Shown piece after piece: positions 47,872 to 58,533 of a DNA stretch of 64,000 nt. The notes under the pieces are model-generated. The model did not search any database. It worked only from the letters and a program-made list of their open reading frames with translations, and was not told where the DNA came from. Each line of letters opens with the position of its first letter. The stretch's first letter is position 1. The stretch comes from an uncultured Planctomycetia bacterium (GTDB lineage: Bacteria > Omnitrophota > Gorgyraeia > Tantalellales > Tantalellaceae): the NCBI GenBank assembly GCA_964572255.1, contig CAZNEE010000002.1, forward strand, positions 121,129 through 185,128, read 5' to 3'. The position numbers and the translations under genes are program-made.

Positions 47872-48595
47872 CGGTTAATATTACCTCGACCACAACCGGC
47901 TCATTATCAGAAGCATCCGGGCCGGGTTCGAATATCCAGCTTTCAACAAACTTCGCCGCTATGATATCCAGCTGCGGATAACCGGTCGTAGTAACAGGTT
48001 CTGTTTTTAGCACATTGCCGTCACTGGCGACAAAAGCTCTCACCTTTACCGGATAAGACTCCTTATTCCCGTAAAGTTCGCTCATTATAACGGGAGCGTC
48101 CGGCTTATAGACTACTCCCCTTTTGTTATTACTTTTAAGCATTCTATCTATAAAATTTTCCCGAAAATCGTATGAAAACCCCGGTATGGCTTTAGTCCCC
48201 GAGAGAAAGTCCAGCATGTCCATGCTCACTAAATTGCCTTTAAATGAAAAACTGTACTCAGGGCTTTTTCTCGCAGGCGGTTCCACCTTTAAATGCATGC
48301 TTCCGGCATCAAACCCAAGCCGGTTGTATGTGGTCACCATTATCGGATTCGCGCTTTCGAGCATGATATCAAAAGCTGTTTTCTTTAAGATCGGCCCCAG
48401 GAAATTCACGCGGGTATATGGTTTTTTCCTTTCCGGACCGCCCGGGGTCACTATAACCACCGCCGACATCAAAAAAACATGCAAACTTAATGACGCGATC
48501 AATGCTATCCTAAGATTTCTGCTTATCATCTCTTTTATTCCTGTGTCGTTGCGATATTGAGCTGTCTGACATCCTTCTCGCGGCATATATCCCAT
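47861..48595 (-). CDS. tonB: TonB family energy transducer
   Basis: N-terminal TM helix. C-terminal YPQLDIIAAKFVESWIFEP matches the TonB C-terminal domain motif. Sits downstream of exbB/exbD. Confidence 0.55.
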   Translation of the reverse strand: MGYMPREGCQTAQYRNDTGIKEMISRNLRIALIASLSLHVFLMSAVVIVTPGGPERKKPYTRVNFLGPILKKTAFDIMLESANPIMVTTYNRLGFDAGSMHLKVEPPARKSPEYSFSFKGNLVSMDMLDFLSGTKAIPGFSYDFRENFIDRMLKSNNKRGVVYKPDAPVIMSELYGNKESYPVKVRAFVASDGNVLKTEPVTTTGYPQLDIIAAKFVESWIFEPGPDASDNEPVVVEVILTGAI

Positions 48596-48930
48596 ACATC
48601 GATGACCTTTCCTAAATTCGCTCCCTTATCAGCCTTTATAAGAAGCGATTGACCCCCTCGTGCCGCCAGCGTTATTCTTGAAACAAGCTCATCTCTTTCT
48701 ACAGGTCTTTCGTTTATGAAAACATCGTTGGTTTCCGCGATCACTACCACAAGCACTTCTTTATGCAACGCTTCGCTGGTAACCGCTTTCGGCAGATTAA
48801 CCCTTATCCCCGGCTGAAATATAAAGCTGGAGGTGAGCATGAAAAAGATAAGGAGTAGAAATACCACGTCTATAAGCGGCGCGATATCCAGGCGTCCTTT
48901 TTCGAGAAATATTTTTCTTTTAAACCTCAT
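48535..48930 (-). CDS. exbD: biopolymer transport protein ExbD/TolR
   Basis: APLIDVVFLLLIFFM signature. Confidence 0.8.
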   Translation of the reverse strand: MRFKRKIFLEKGRLDIAPLIDVVFLLLIFFMLTSSFIFQPGIRVNLPKAVTSEALHKEVLVVVIAETNDVFINERPVERDELVSRITLAARGGQSLLIKADKGANLGKVIDVWDICREKDVRQLNIATTQE

Positions 48931-49552
48931 CTTCTTCCCTCTTTGATCCGAGAATGTTCACGATATCCGTTGCGCTTTTTTCCATCTCCAAAACAAATCC
49001 GTCAACTTTACTCACAAGAAAGTTATAAGCTACATAAGTAGGAATAGCGACCGCGAGACCCGCCACAGTAGTTACAAGCGCTTCCCATATCCCTCCCGCC
49101 AGATCTCCGGGATTAACCGGCATCAGAACAACAGCTTTCTGTTCAATAACCTGAAAAGAACGGACCATTCCGGTAACCGTACCCAGAAGTCCCAAAAGCG
49201 GTGAAATGTGAGCGATCGTCGCTAACGCGCCGAGATTCTTCTCAAGCCTCGGAACTTCATGTATGCCGGCGTCCTCTATAGCCTCTTTTATCTCTCCCCT
49301 GGGGCGATCATGCTTCAATATTCCGGCTTTCAGGATATGCGCGATCGGTCCAGGCGTGGCATTACATTTATCCATCGCCTCCACGATCTTGTTCCTCCTT
49401 AACGTCTCGGCTATGTCTTCCATGAATCCCTCGGTATTGATCTCCGCGCGGCGCAGATGCCATAATCTCTCGATGACTATCGCCAAAGCTATGATCGAAC
49501 ACAAGATTATAAGAAACATCAACGGTCCGCCTTTTACAACAAGTTCCCACAT
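48920..49552 (-). CDS. exbB: MotA/TolQ/ExbB proton channel
   Basis: LGLLGTVTGMVRSF motif; three TM helices. Confidence 0.8.
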   Translation of the reverse strand: MWELVVKGGPLMFLIILCSIIALAIVIERLWHLRRAEINTEGFMEDIAETLRRNKIVEAMDKCNATPGPIAHILKAGILKHDRPRGEIKEAIEDAGIHEVPRLEKNLGALATIAHISPLLGLLGTVTGMVRSFQVIEQKAVVLMPVNPGDLAGGIWEALVTTVAGLAVAIPTYVAYNFLVSKVDGFVLEMEKSATDIVNILGSKREEDEV

Positions 49553-49606
49553 AATCAGTTACCTCCGTTTTATGTGAACCGGGATACTTCGCGAGTTAAT
49601 AGCCGC

Positions 49607-52057
49607 TCAGTGGCCCCGGTTCAATGCTTTCAATAATTTGACTTTTTCTTTCGCGATTTCCGCTTCCTCGCCTTCGCCTTCGGCAAGCTTGCGGTATATC
49701 TTGAAGGCTCTTTCACTTTGCCCCATTCTCTCCAATAATTCCGCACATTTAAGTCTTGCTCTTATAACCCAGAACTTTCCTTGCGGATATTGATACTCAA
49801 CCCTCAGATATTCTTCCACGGCTTTTTCTTCTTCGCCGCTTTTTTCCAGACACTCAGCGATATCAAACTGTATCTGCGCGTTGAGCTCCGAATTCTCGGA
49901 TGTAAGAGCGACCCTGAAATATTCCCTCGCCAGTTCATATTTGTCTTGTGCTTTCAGTATGGTCCCGATCCTATTGTTCGCTATATTTGTCGCGTCACTT
50001 TCCGGGTACTTGCGTATCAGAAGTTCGTACTGACCGATAGCTTTCTTAGTGTCTCCCCGTTTTCTTAAAATATCACCTGTCGTTAATACGGCCTTTGGAG
50101 CCCACTCGCTGTCGGGATAATCTCCGGCCACAGTTTCAAACTCTTTTATGCTTTCATCCGTCATGCCTCTGTCGTAAAGAACCAAGCCCATCCAATACCG
50201 CGCTTCTATAGACAATGAACTGTGAGGATAATCTTTCAGAAGTTCGGAAAAATATTTCTGTGATTCAGCCAGGTTGCCTTTAGTGTAATAGTATTCTCCG
50301 AACCATATTTTTATCCCCGGGATGACCTTGCTGTCAGTATTTTCCTTAAGGATGCTTTTGAACACCTCAAGCGCTTTTTTTTCATTTCCCGTCTTGTAAT
50401 AGGCCCATCCCATTTGATAACGGGATTTTAAAAGAAGTTCTTTATCCTTTGAAGATGAGACCAATGTGTTGTATATCTTCAGAGACTGTTCATAATCTCC
50501 GCTGTTATATAACGAATTGGCTTTATGCAAATAAGATTCATTAACGAGATCGCTTTGGGGAAATCCCTTAATGATGCGGTCGAACTGTTCGACCGAAGTA
50601 CGGTAATCGCCTTTTTTTGAATAAAGAAGCCCGAGCTGATAATAAGCTTTATCCAACATGCGGGAATTCGGAAAGTTTACGATCAGGGATTGAAATGCCA
50701 GTATTGCGGCATCATCCAATTCCTTCTTCTCCAGGATGGACCCTACCTGATACTGGGCATAATCAGCCCATAAACTATTCGGATAATCTTTAAGAACTAT
50801 ATCAAAAGCGTCGATCGCCCTATCATCTTCTCCGCGCATTTCAAAAATATTACCCATATTGCAGAGCGCGTTGACGATTATATCCTCGTTCCCGGAAGAC
50901 TGAGCGGTTAGCTTGAATTCCTTAAGAGCATTTTCTCCATCTCCTAAAGTGTTATATGCCCAGCCGAGAGTGTAATGTATGCTCCCCAGAAATTCGCTTT
51001 GAGGAAAATTCTCTAAAGCCTTGTTGTACAGTTTCACCACATCCTGTGTTTTTCCGTTTTTATACAATAATTCTCCAAGCAGATAATACGCATCATCCGT
51101 CCACTCGTTCAGGGGATAATCGTTTATGATCTGTTCGTATATTTCAACCGCTTTTTCGGTTTGGCCGCTTTCGGCGCGTATTTTCGCTATCCCGATCATT
51201 GCAAGACTTTTCACTTCAGGATCATTAGCTTCTTGCTCAACTTTTCCGAACCATTCCTCGCTTGAGGTGTAGTTCTTGACCTCCTGGTAAGCGTGTGCCA
51301 ATTTAAGCATGGCTGATATTTTCCAGGGCTGAGCGGTAGGAGCTTGAAGGGATTTTTTTAGATTATCCGCGGCATCCTTAAAATCTCCTTCATTGTAAAG
51401 GCTGTCCCCTAACATAAAGTAGGCATCAAATATCCTTTCATTAACCGGATAATCCTTGATAAACTCCTCAAGTTCACCCGCCGCATAATGAAACCTGCCG
51501 AGTTTATACAGAATCTCTGCTGACTTATATTTGGCTTTAACGGCAAGTTCACTATCGGGATACTTAACGGTAACTTCCTTGAATGATTCCATGGCCGCGC
51601 CATATTCACCCAATTTTTCATAACACCATGCCTGTGAATAAAGAGAATACGGCACGAATTCGCTCATCGGATACTTCTCTATTACGTCCTGATACATCGC
51701 GAGGGCCTGCTCGAAATTATTTTCCCTGAAATACACTTCAGCGATCCAGTATGCCGCCTGGGCGACAACACCGCTTTCATCAAACCCTTGAAGGATGAAT
51801 TCGAATTCCATAAGAGCTTTGCGGTAAAGACCTTTTTCAAAATACACCCTGCCCAATAATAGATGCGCTTCTATCTGGATCTCTTCGGGGGCATCCATGC
51901 CAAGCAGCATGTTGAGCTTGCTCTCAGCCATGTCATAAAAACCGTCCTTTACGGCTTTTTGAGCGACATCGATCTCTGAGCGGAACTCTTCCTGCGCAAA
52001 ACTTCCGGATATACAAATTGCGATGAAAAGAGTTGTGAATAGTATAATTTTTTTCAT
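49607..52057 (-). CDS. large secreted TPR-repeat protein
   Basis: Signal peptide followed by TPR-like repeats across 816 aa. Confidence 0.75.
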   Translation of the reverse strand: MKKIILFTTLFIAICISGSFAQEEFRSEIDVAQKAVKDGFYDMAESKLNMLLGMDAPEEIQIEAHLLLGRVYFEKGLYRKALMEFEFILQGFDESGVVAQAAYWIAEVYFRENNFEQALAMYQDVIEKYPMSEFVPYSLYSQAWCYEKLGEYGAAMESFKEVTVKYPDSELAVKAKYKSAEILYKLGRFHYAAGELEEFIKDYPVNERIFDAYFMLGDSLYNEGDFKDAADNLKKSLQAPTAQPWKISAMLKLAHAYQEVKNYTSSEEWFGKVEQEANDPEVKSLAMIGIAKIRAESGQTEKAVEIYEQIINDYPLNEWTDDAYYLLGELLYKNGKTQDVVKLYNKALENFPQSEFLGSIHYTLGWAYNTLGDGENALKEFKLTAQSSGNEDIIVNALCNMGNIFEMRGEDDRAIDAFDIVLKDYPNSLWADYAQYQVGSILEKKELDDAAILAFQSLIVNFPNSRMLDKAYYQLGLLYSKKGDYRTSVEQFDRIIKGFPQSDLVNESYLHKANSLYNSGDYEQSLKIYNTLVSSSKDKELLLKSRYQMGWAYYKTGNEKKALEVFKSILKENTDSKVIPGIKIWFGEYYYTKGNLAESQKYFSELLKDYPHSSLSIEARYWMGLVLYDRGMTDESIKEFETVAGDYPDSEWAPKAVLTTGDILRKRGDTKKAIGQYELLIRKYPESDATNIANNRIGTILKAQDKYELAREYFRVALTSENSELNAQIQFDIAECLEKSGEEEKAVEEYLRVEYQYPQGKFWVIRARLKCAELLERMGQSERAFKIYRKLAEGEGEEAEIAKEKVKLLKALNRGH

Positions 52058-52185
52058 GTTTTATGGGCTAGATAGCTTATGGGCTAAATATAGTATTATA
52101 TATAGGCTAATAATAACCTATATAACGACTATTTATAGTAGCAAATTACGGATTTTCGTTCAAGATAATTTTAATTTAGGTAGGC

Positions 52186-52229
52186 TAAAAGAAGAGAAAG
52201 GCCCATCATCCCATTGCCTGATGGGCCCT
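52186..52229 (-). terminator. intrinsic terminator downstream of the second PEP-CTERM gene
   Basis: On the minus strand: GGCCCAUCA-ggcaauggga-UGAUGGGCC followed by UUUCUCUUCUUUU. Confidence 0.55.
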
Positions 52230-52268
52230 TCTCATATTAAATCAGCATCTATAATATTGCCTTCTTCG

Positions 52269-52862
52269 TTAACTTGTAAACTTTTTTACTGCCGTTCCTA
52301 ATAAAGCAAGGCCTAACATCACCATGCTTGCGGGTTCCGGAGATCCATAAATACCTCGTGCGGCACCTCCCTCGTCACTAATTGCTGCCGCTCCGACCCC
52401 GAAATAATAGGGCGAACTGCCCGCTTCCGGTACGACAAATGTATCGAACCCTTCTTGTTTTCCGACCAAGCTCACAACATCAGAATCAACCAATGTTAAT
52501 GTGCTATCCATCAATACAAAAACAACTGCATCGCCGAACTGTTCGTTATTCGAGTACCATTTGTAATTGATTACATCCCCTACTGAAAAAGAGGTAGGTG
52601 CAACATTGAACACCCCTTCATTAACAGTGGTAATTTTAAATATCGCCATATGTTCCGTATGATCAGCTTCATCTGAATCTTCAGGTGACTTTTCAACAGA
52701 TACACTTGGTCCGTTAGGTGCCCAATTTGTCATGTCGCGCATTTCTAAAAGAATATTACTCAATCCGAGCTCCCACATATTATATGTCGCAGCTTCAGCA
52801 CAAATTGTTAACGCAAATAATAGTGCAATAAACAATATAAAAGCTAAACAACATTTCTTCAT
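52269..52862 (-). CDS. secreted PEP-CTERM sorting-signal protein, paralog 2
   Basis: Same RBS/start context as the 28057 gene (GAGGTG 6 nt upstream of ATG). Signal peptide MKKCCLAFILFIALLFALTICAEA. C-terminal SPEPASMVMLGLALLGTAVKK. Confidence 0.75.
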   Translation of the reverse strand: MKKCCLAFILFIALLFALTICAEAATYNMWELGLSNILLEMRDMTNWAPNGPSVSVEKSPEDSDEADHTEHMAIFKITTVNEGVFNVAPTSFSVGDVINYKWYSNNEQFGDAVVFVLMDSTLTLVDSDVVSLVGKQEGFDTFVVPEAGSSPYYFGVGAAAISDEGGAARGIYGSPEPASMVMLGLALLGTAVKKFTS

Positions 52863-52892
52863 CATTCTCACCTCACTTTCTTTTTAGATTTT

Positions 52893-53046
52893 AAAAAACA
52901 AAAACCCAACCATCGAAAGGTTGGGTTACTGATTTTCTCCAACACTTTAACGATGTGTTAATCGGCAGCCGGCTGGCTAATTTCTTTCCTAGCCCCTTTG
53001 GCTTTGTTGCCCCGTTCTTCCGAACGGTTTACGATTAAAATCTGTC
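52893..53046 (-). promoter_or_regulatory. c-di-GMP-I (GEMM) riboswitch-like leader with intrinsic terminator, copy 2
   Basis: Minus strand: AAACCGUUC-GGAA-GAACGGGGCAACAAAGCC...GGGGCUA..., then ACCCAACCUUUCGAUGGUUGGGUUUUUGUUUUUU. The P2 stem shows compensatory changes relative to copy 1. Confidence 0.7.
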
Positions 53047-53136
53047 AAAAAAAACACTAACTTTATAATCGTTTAAAGTATAGCATATCCTTCTAAGAAT
53101 GCAAGTTCTTATAAAAAAATAAGTTAACAGAATTTG

Positions 53137-55935
53137 TTAAGATTTATGCAGTACTTTTTTTAAGTAAGATCCGGTGAAAGAACTTTGACAGGAAGCGACT
53201 TCCTCAGGTGTCCCGCTGGCAATTATTTCGCCGCCTTTGTCCCCTCCTTCAGGTCCGAGGTCTATGATATGATCCGCGCTCTTTATGACATCAAGGTTAT
53301 GTTCTATGACCAGCACTGTATTTCCTGAAGAAACAAGTGTGTGCAGAACATCCAGCAGCTTATGAATATCGGCAAAATGCAATCCGGTTGTCGGTTCGTC
53401 AAGAATATACAGTGTCTTGCCCGTAGCAGTTCTTGAAAGCTCTTTCGATAATTTCACTCTTTGAGCTTCGCCGCCGGACAATGTTGTCGCCTGTTGACCT
53501 AATCTGATATAACCCAAGCCAACTTCATGAAGTCTTTGTAATTTACTTCTTATCGGGGGGATATTTTCAAACACTTTGAGAGCGTCTTCAACACTAAGTT
53601 CGAGAACTTCAGAAATATTATACCCTTTGTACCTTATCTCAAGAGTCTGATCATTAAACCGCTTGCCGTTACATACCTGACACTGCACGTATACATCCGG
53701 CAGGAAATGCATCTCTATTTTTTTTACCCCGTCACCCTGGCATGCTTCGCACCTTCCGCCTTTTACATTAAAACTGAACCTTCCCGGTTTATATCCTCGC
53801 ATGCGTGATTCGGGAAGTTCGCTGAACAGTTTCCTTATGTGGTCGAACGCGCCTGTATATGTCGCGGGATTGGACCTGGGCGTTCTTCCTATCGGGGACT
53901 GGTCTATTACTATAACTTTATCAATATGTTGGATCCCCTTGATGCGTTTATGTTTGCCCGGCGCGGTTTTCGCTTTATACATCTTTCTTGCCAGCGCTCT
54001 ATAAAGTATTTCATCTACAAGCGTGCTCTTACCTGAACCTGAAACTCCGGTTACGCAAATAAATAGTCCCAGAGGTATTTTTACATCAATACTTTTTAGA
54101 TTGTGTTCAGCCGCCTCGATTATTTCCAAACATTTACCAGATGCACATTTTCGTCTTTCGGACGGAAACTCTATTTTCAAATCACCTCTAAGATATTTAC
54201 CTGTGAGCGAATCTTTGGATCTGAGTATTTTTTCCAAGTCGCCTTCCGCTACTATTTTACCGCCGTGTTCGCCGGCGCCGGGCCCAAGATCTATCACATG
54301 ATCCGCGCGGCGTATCGTGGACTCATCGTGTTCAACAACAATAAGTGTATTACCCAGATCTCTTAGAGCTATCAATGTATCGAGAAGTTTGCCGTTATCT
54401 TTCTGATGAAGGCCTATACTCGGCTCATCCAGAACATAAAGCACCCCGACAAGACCCGCGCCTATCTGGGTAGCTAATCTGATACGCTGGTCCTCTCCCC
54501 CTGAAAGTGTGTTGCTTTTTCTGTCCAGGGTTAAATAATCAAGGCCGACATTCGACATGAAATCCAATCTTGCCTTTACTTCTTTCGTGACCTCTTTTGC
54601 GATGCGTTTCTCTGTCTCATTTAATTCGATCTCAGAGAAATATTTTTTCGCCGCTGAAATCGACATCTCGCACATGTCAGAAATATTCTTATCTCCTATA
54701 AGAACGGAAAGTGACTCGGCCCTCAAACGCTGCCCTTTACATTCCGGACATGGCTGGACCGACATAAATAAGCCTATCATCTCTTTCATGAAATCGCTTT
54801 CCGTCTGGTGAAATCTTCTTTCTAAATTGGGTATTACACCTTCGAATCCGGATTCATCATCACCATAAAGCACTATTCTTTTTTGTTTCGCACTTAAATC
54901 TTTGAAAGGCATGTTAAAATCAAACCCATAATATCTCGCTAAACGTCTGATCTGGCGCCTGAAATGAAGTACTATTCCCTTCCCGCCGCGTTTCCATGGG
55001 ACTACCGCCCTGAGCAAAGATTCGGATTCATCCGGCACGATCAGTTCAGGATCTATCTCCATCTTATTTCCGAGACCATTGCACGTGGGACATGCGCCGT
55101 AGGGGCTATTAAACGAAAAATTCCGCGGCGCAAGTTTTTCGAAACTTATACCGCATTCAATGCAGGAATTCTGTTCGCTGAAAAGTATGTCATTTTCAAT
55201 GCGCTTCTCATCTTCCGCCGGTGAAACGATCATGGTTCCTTCGCCTAATTTGAGCGCCATTTCAACCGAATCGGATACTCTTGTGCGTATTCCCTCCTTG
55301 ATCGTCAATCTGTCCACGACTGCTTCAATAGTATGCTTAACCTTCTTATTCAGATCCGGTATCCTGTCCCCGATATCGACTATTTTTCCGTCGAGGCGGA
55401 TCCTTATCAGGCCCTGTTTCCTTATATCCTTCATGACCTCTACATGCTCGCCTTTTCTCCCTCTTATGATCGGAGAAAGGATCAATATCTTCGTCCCTTT
55501 GGGCAGTTCTAAAACCCTGTCAACGATCTGTTGCGAAGTCTGACCGGATATCGGTTTCCCGCATTTCGGGCAATGCTGCACGCCTATCCTTGCAAAAAGA
55601 AGCCTTAGGTAATCGTAAATTTCTGTCTGCGTTCCGACCGTAGAGCGGGGATTTCTGCCTCCGGACCTTTGTTCTATACTTATCGTGGGGGAAAGTCCTT
55701 CGATATAATCGACATGAGGTTTTTGAAGCTGCTCGAGGAACTGGCGCGCGTAACTTGAAAGGGATTCTATGTACCGCCTTTGCCCTTCGGCATATACAGT
55801 ATCAAACGCAAGAGAAGATTTTCCCGAACCTGAAAGTCCCGTAACAACGCTCAGCTTGTCCCGGGGGATCATTACATCTATATCTTTAAGATTATGTTCT
55901 TTCGCGCCTTTTACAAATATATGGTCTTTTCTCAT
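53137..55935 (-). CDS. uvrA: excinuclease ABC subunit A
   Basis: 932 aa; two ABC ATPase modules ([10 protein letters not shown] and [10 protein letters not shown]) and zinc-finger cysteines. Confidence 0.95.
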   Translation of the reverse strand: MRKDHIFVKGAKEHNLKDIDVMIPRDKLSVVTGLSGSGKSSLAFDTVYAEGQRRYIESLSSYARQFLEQLQKPHVDYIEGLSPTISIEQRSGGRNPRSTVGTQTEIYDYLRLLFARIGVQHCPKCGKPISGQTSQQIVDRVLELPKGTKILILSPIIRGRKGEHVEVMKDIRKQGLIRIRLDGKIVDIGDRIPDLNKKVKHTIEAVVDRLTIKEGIRTRVSDSVEMALKLGEGTMIVSPAEDEKRIENDILFSEQNSCIECGISFEKLAPRNFSFNSPYGACPTCNGLGNKMEIDPELIVPDESESLLRAVVPWKRGGKGIVLHFRRQIRRLARYYGFDFNMPFKDLSAKQKRIVLYGDDESGFEGVIPNLERRFHQTESDFMKEMIGLFMSVQPCPECKGQRLRAESLSVLIGDKNISDMCEMSISAAKKYFSEIELNETEKRIAKEVTKEVKARLDFMSNVGLDYLTLDRKSNTLSGGEDQRIRLATQIGAGLVGVLYVLDEPSIGLHQKDNGKLLDTLIALRDLGNTLIVVEHDESTIRRADHVIDLGPGAGEHGGKIVAEGDLEKILRSKDSLTGKYLRGDLKIEFPSERRKCASGKCLEIIEAAEHNLKSIDVKIPLGLFICVTGVSGSGKSTLVDEILYRALARKMYKAKTAPGKHKRIKGIQHIDKVIVIDQSPIGRTPRSNPATYTGAFDHIRKLFSELPESRMRGYKPGRFSFNVKGGRCEACQGDGVKKIEMHFLPDVYVQCQVCNGKRFNDQTLEIRYKGYNISEVLELSVEDALKVFENIPPIRSKLQRLHEVGLGYIRLGQQATTLSGGEAQRVKLSKELSRTATGKTLYILDEPTTGLHFADIHKLLDVLHTLVSSGNTVLVIEHNLDVIKSADHIIDLGPEGGDKGGEIIASGTPEEVASCQSSFTGSYLKKVLHKS

Positions 55936-56025
55936 AAGCTATGATTTTAGCACAATTGTATATACTCCACAAGCGCGTAAAAATACACGCAATTTTATAG
56001 AGAATTACAATATTTTTGCTGTTAA

Positions 56026-56103
56026 GTGTGCGGCATGTTTCCGTACAGGGAGGATCCACACTGGGCGGAGGGGCCCTGGTAGGAAATATGCCGCACACTT
56101 TAA
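56026..56103. repeat. 19-bp inverted repeat (AAGTGTGCGGCATGTTTCC ... GGAAATATGCCGCACACTT) with a 40-nt GC-rich loop
   Basis: Read from the sequence; lies in the divergent uvrA / XRE-cupin promoter region. Confidence 0.5.
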
Positions 56104-56206
56104 AATACGTATTACTATAGTAACTGTATATATAAATTTGATTATTTATCAAATTTGGTGTATATTGATGACTAAGGGATTCAAGCCGCATGCAAAGGGA
56201 GGAACG

Positions 56207-56758
56207 ATGAAAATAGGAAAAAGCATACGAAGATTGCGGAAAGAAAAGAATATCACGCTTGAAGAGCTGTCCAGTAAAAGCGGCGTTGCGTTGGCCACAT
56301 TAAGCCGCATGGAAAATGATAAAATGACCGGCACACTTGATTCTCACGAAAGAATATGCAAGGCCCTGGGAGCATCCCTTGCCGATCTGTACCGTGAAGT
56401 CGAAGATGAATCAAAAACCGTGGAAACCGTCCCGAAACATAAAAGAACGGAGCACTTTGTCCACGCGAATAAAGCGGTGTATGAACTTCTTGTAAGCAAG
56501 ACGTTCGGTAAGAAGATCATGCCTCTTATGATAAAGATCGAACCCGACGGGCACACTCAAAAAGAGAAGAATAAACCCGGTGTTGAAAAATTTGTATATA
56601 TGCTGAAAGGGGCGATTGACGTGCATGTGGGAGATGAGACCTACACTCTTAAACAAGGGGACAGCCTGTATTTTGACGCGTCGCTTGATCATTTTCTGAA
56701 AAACAGATCAAAGCAAGAGGCTGAGGCTATATGCATAGTCTCCCCTCCCGCGCTTTAA
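56207..56758 (+). CDS. XRE-family HTH transcriptional regulator with C-terminal cupin domain
   Basis: AAGGGAGG RBS then ATG at 56207. [34 protein letters not shown] and a cupin C-terminus. Confidence 0.75.
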   Translation: MKIGKSIRRLRKEKNITLEELSSKSGVALATLSRMENDKMTGTLDSHERICKALGASLADLYREVEDESKTVETVPKHKRTEHFVHANKAVYELLVSKTFGKKIMPLMIKIEPDGHTQKEKNKPGVEKFVYMLKGAIDVHVGDETYTLKQGDSLYFDASLDHFLKNRSKQEAEAICIVSPPAL

Positions 56759-56773
56759 ATCAAGAGGTGTAAT

Positions 56774-57127
56774 ATGGAAAAGAAAAGGCTTTTGATCTGT
56801 GACGATGAGATCGGGATAAGAGAATCCCTTAAACTTATACTCGAAAGTGATTACGATCTGGACTTCGCGTCAAACGGGGATGAAGTTATGGAAAAAATAA
56901 AGAACAGCCGGTTCGACGGCATTCTTCTTGACGTAAAAATGCCGGAAAAAGACGGGCTGGAAACACTTCAGGAAATAAAACAGTTTTCACCGGAGATGAA
57001 GATCATTGTTGTCACCGGATACAAAACGGTTGAAGCGGCCTCGAAAGCGATAAAACTCGGCGCGATGGATTATATTACTAAACCATTTGCCGAAAAAGAG
57101 GTAAGAGAAAAAGTCTCAAAGATATAG
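56774..57127 (+). CDS. stand-alone response regulator receiver (CheY-like)
   Basis: LLICDDE...ILLDVKMPEKDGLE...IIVVTGY...K REC motifs. Confidence 0.8.
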   Translation: MEKKRLLICDDEIGIRESLKLILESDYDLDFASNGDEVMEKIKNSRFDGILLDVKMPEKDGLETLQEIKQFSPEMKIIVVTGYKTVEAASKAIKLGAMDYITKPFAEKEVREKVSKI

Positions 57128-57174
57128 ATATCCACCCTCCGGCATATTTCATGTTCCGATACCGGTAAGCTGAA

Positions 57175-58533
57175 TTATTCCTCTATTTTGCTGTTCAGAT
57201 TGAATCTTCCTTTACGGTAGGCCAGAAGAAAAGCGCTCACGACTATGGGGTCAAATTGCGTGCCCGCGGCATCCTTTATTATCTGGACAGCGACCTCGGA
57301 CATGCTCCTCTGCCTGTACGGCCTGTCGCTGGTTATCGCGTCAAACGTATCCGCCACGGCTATTATCCGGGCTATGAACGGTATATCTTCACTCTTCAGC
57401 CCGTCCGGATATCCGGTCCCGTCATACCTTTCATGATGCGCGCGTATCTCATCAGCTATGTTCCCGAGCTCCCTTATGGAATAAAGGATAGAAGAGCCCG
57501 TTGAAGGATGCTCCTTGACCCTCTCGTATTCTTCTTTTGTCAGCTGACCGTTCTTGTTCAGGATGCTGTCGGGAACGCCGACCTTGCCTACATCATGAAG
57601 AAGAGCCGATAAATGCAGTGTTTCTATGAAATTCTTATATTCGTTAGCCTCAGGGAGGTCTTTCAGTTCATTTGCCAGTACCAGCGAGTACTGGGTAACC
57701 CTCTCAGTATGTCCGTGCGTGTAAGGATCCCTTGAATCTATCGCGGCGGCAAGAGAGATCGAGGTCCTGATGAACACGTCATGTTCCTTCTCATAAAGGT
57801 TGTGTATCTCGTATATCTTGTCCTCGAGGTCCTGAATGAGCTGGGTGTTGGCAAGCGCCATGGCGGCGTCATTGGCCAGGGTCGTGAAAAAGCCTATCTC
57901 CTGCCTCGAATAAGTTTCTCCCGAAAGTTTTCTGCCGAGAAGGAATATTCCGCTCAGATCTTTCCCGCAATATACAGGCACGCATATATTCGCCTTCAAC
58001 AGCTCCATCTGCCTGAGCGCCCTTTTTACAAGCTCGGCGAGCGCGGGGCTCTTTACGATATGCTCGTTCTTGTCAAAAGAATCGATAAGTTTATCATAAT
58101 CAACAGCCTGGGTAAAAGATACCTTATAGTTAATGCTTTCGTTAAAAAAACGTATCAAGGGGTCCTTCAACGTAAGTTTTATAAAACCGACGGGTATCTT
58201 GATGCCTTCCGCGCCGACACTGTCAATAAGGGTAAAAGTATCTCCCGATTTGTTCCTTAAAAGCATTGCCGTATGAGTTACCTGGACCTGCTCGTCAATG
58301 CTCTTAGTGATCATCCTGATGAGCTTTTCGGGTTTTTTAATGCGCAGCATCCCGCGCGAAACGTTCTCGAGCACGACCTGGTAGTCACGTTCGGGCTTCG
58401 GCCTCTGGAGGACCTCATGGCTTTCTATAGCCGGGGGGACATCCTCCGAATGCCTGATCTTCTCTGCTATCCAGTCCTGCAATTTAAGCCAGTTAGTATT
58501 CTCTTCGGGCATTTTCTCTTCCGATCGCTTCAA
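57175..58533 (-). CDS. HD-GYP domain c-di-GMP phosphodiesterase with N-terminal GAF-like domain
   Basis: HGHTERV...LHDVGK...HHERYDGTGYP (HD and GYP signatures). Confidence 0.85.
   Translation of the reverse strand: MKRSEEKMPEENTNWLKLQDWIAEKIRHSEDVPPAIESHEVLQRPKPERDYQVVLENVSRGMLRIKKPEKLIRMITKSIDEQVQVTHTAMLLRNKSGDTFTLIDSVGAEGIKIPVGFIKLTLKDPLIRFFNESINYKVSFTQAVDYDKLIDSFDKNEHIVKSPALAELVKRALRQMELLKANICVPVYCGKDLSGIFLLGRKLSGETYSRQEIGFFTTLANDAAMALANTQLIQDLEDKIYEIHNLYEKEHDVFIRTSISLAAAIDSRDPYTHGHTERVTQYSLVLANELKDLPEANEYKNFIETLHLSALLHDVGKVGVPDSILNKNGQLTKEEYERVKEHPSTGSSILYSIRELGNIADEIRAHHERYDGTGYPDGLKSEDIPFIARIIAVADTFDAITSDRPYRQRSMSEVAVQIIKDAAGTQFDPIVVSAFLLAYRKGRFNLNSKIEE

Noticed and set aside
56110-56145. 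Possible LexA/SOS box upstream of uvrA (ACTGTATATATAAATTTG)
   Set aside because: Only one CTGT half-site is present, with no matching ACAG partner at the expected spacing. The Gram-positive-type GAAC-N4-GTTC is also absent.
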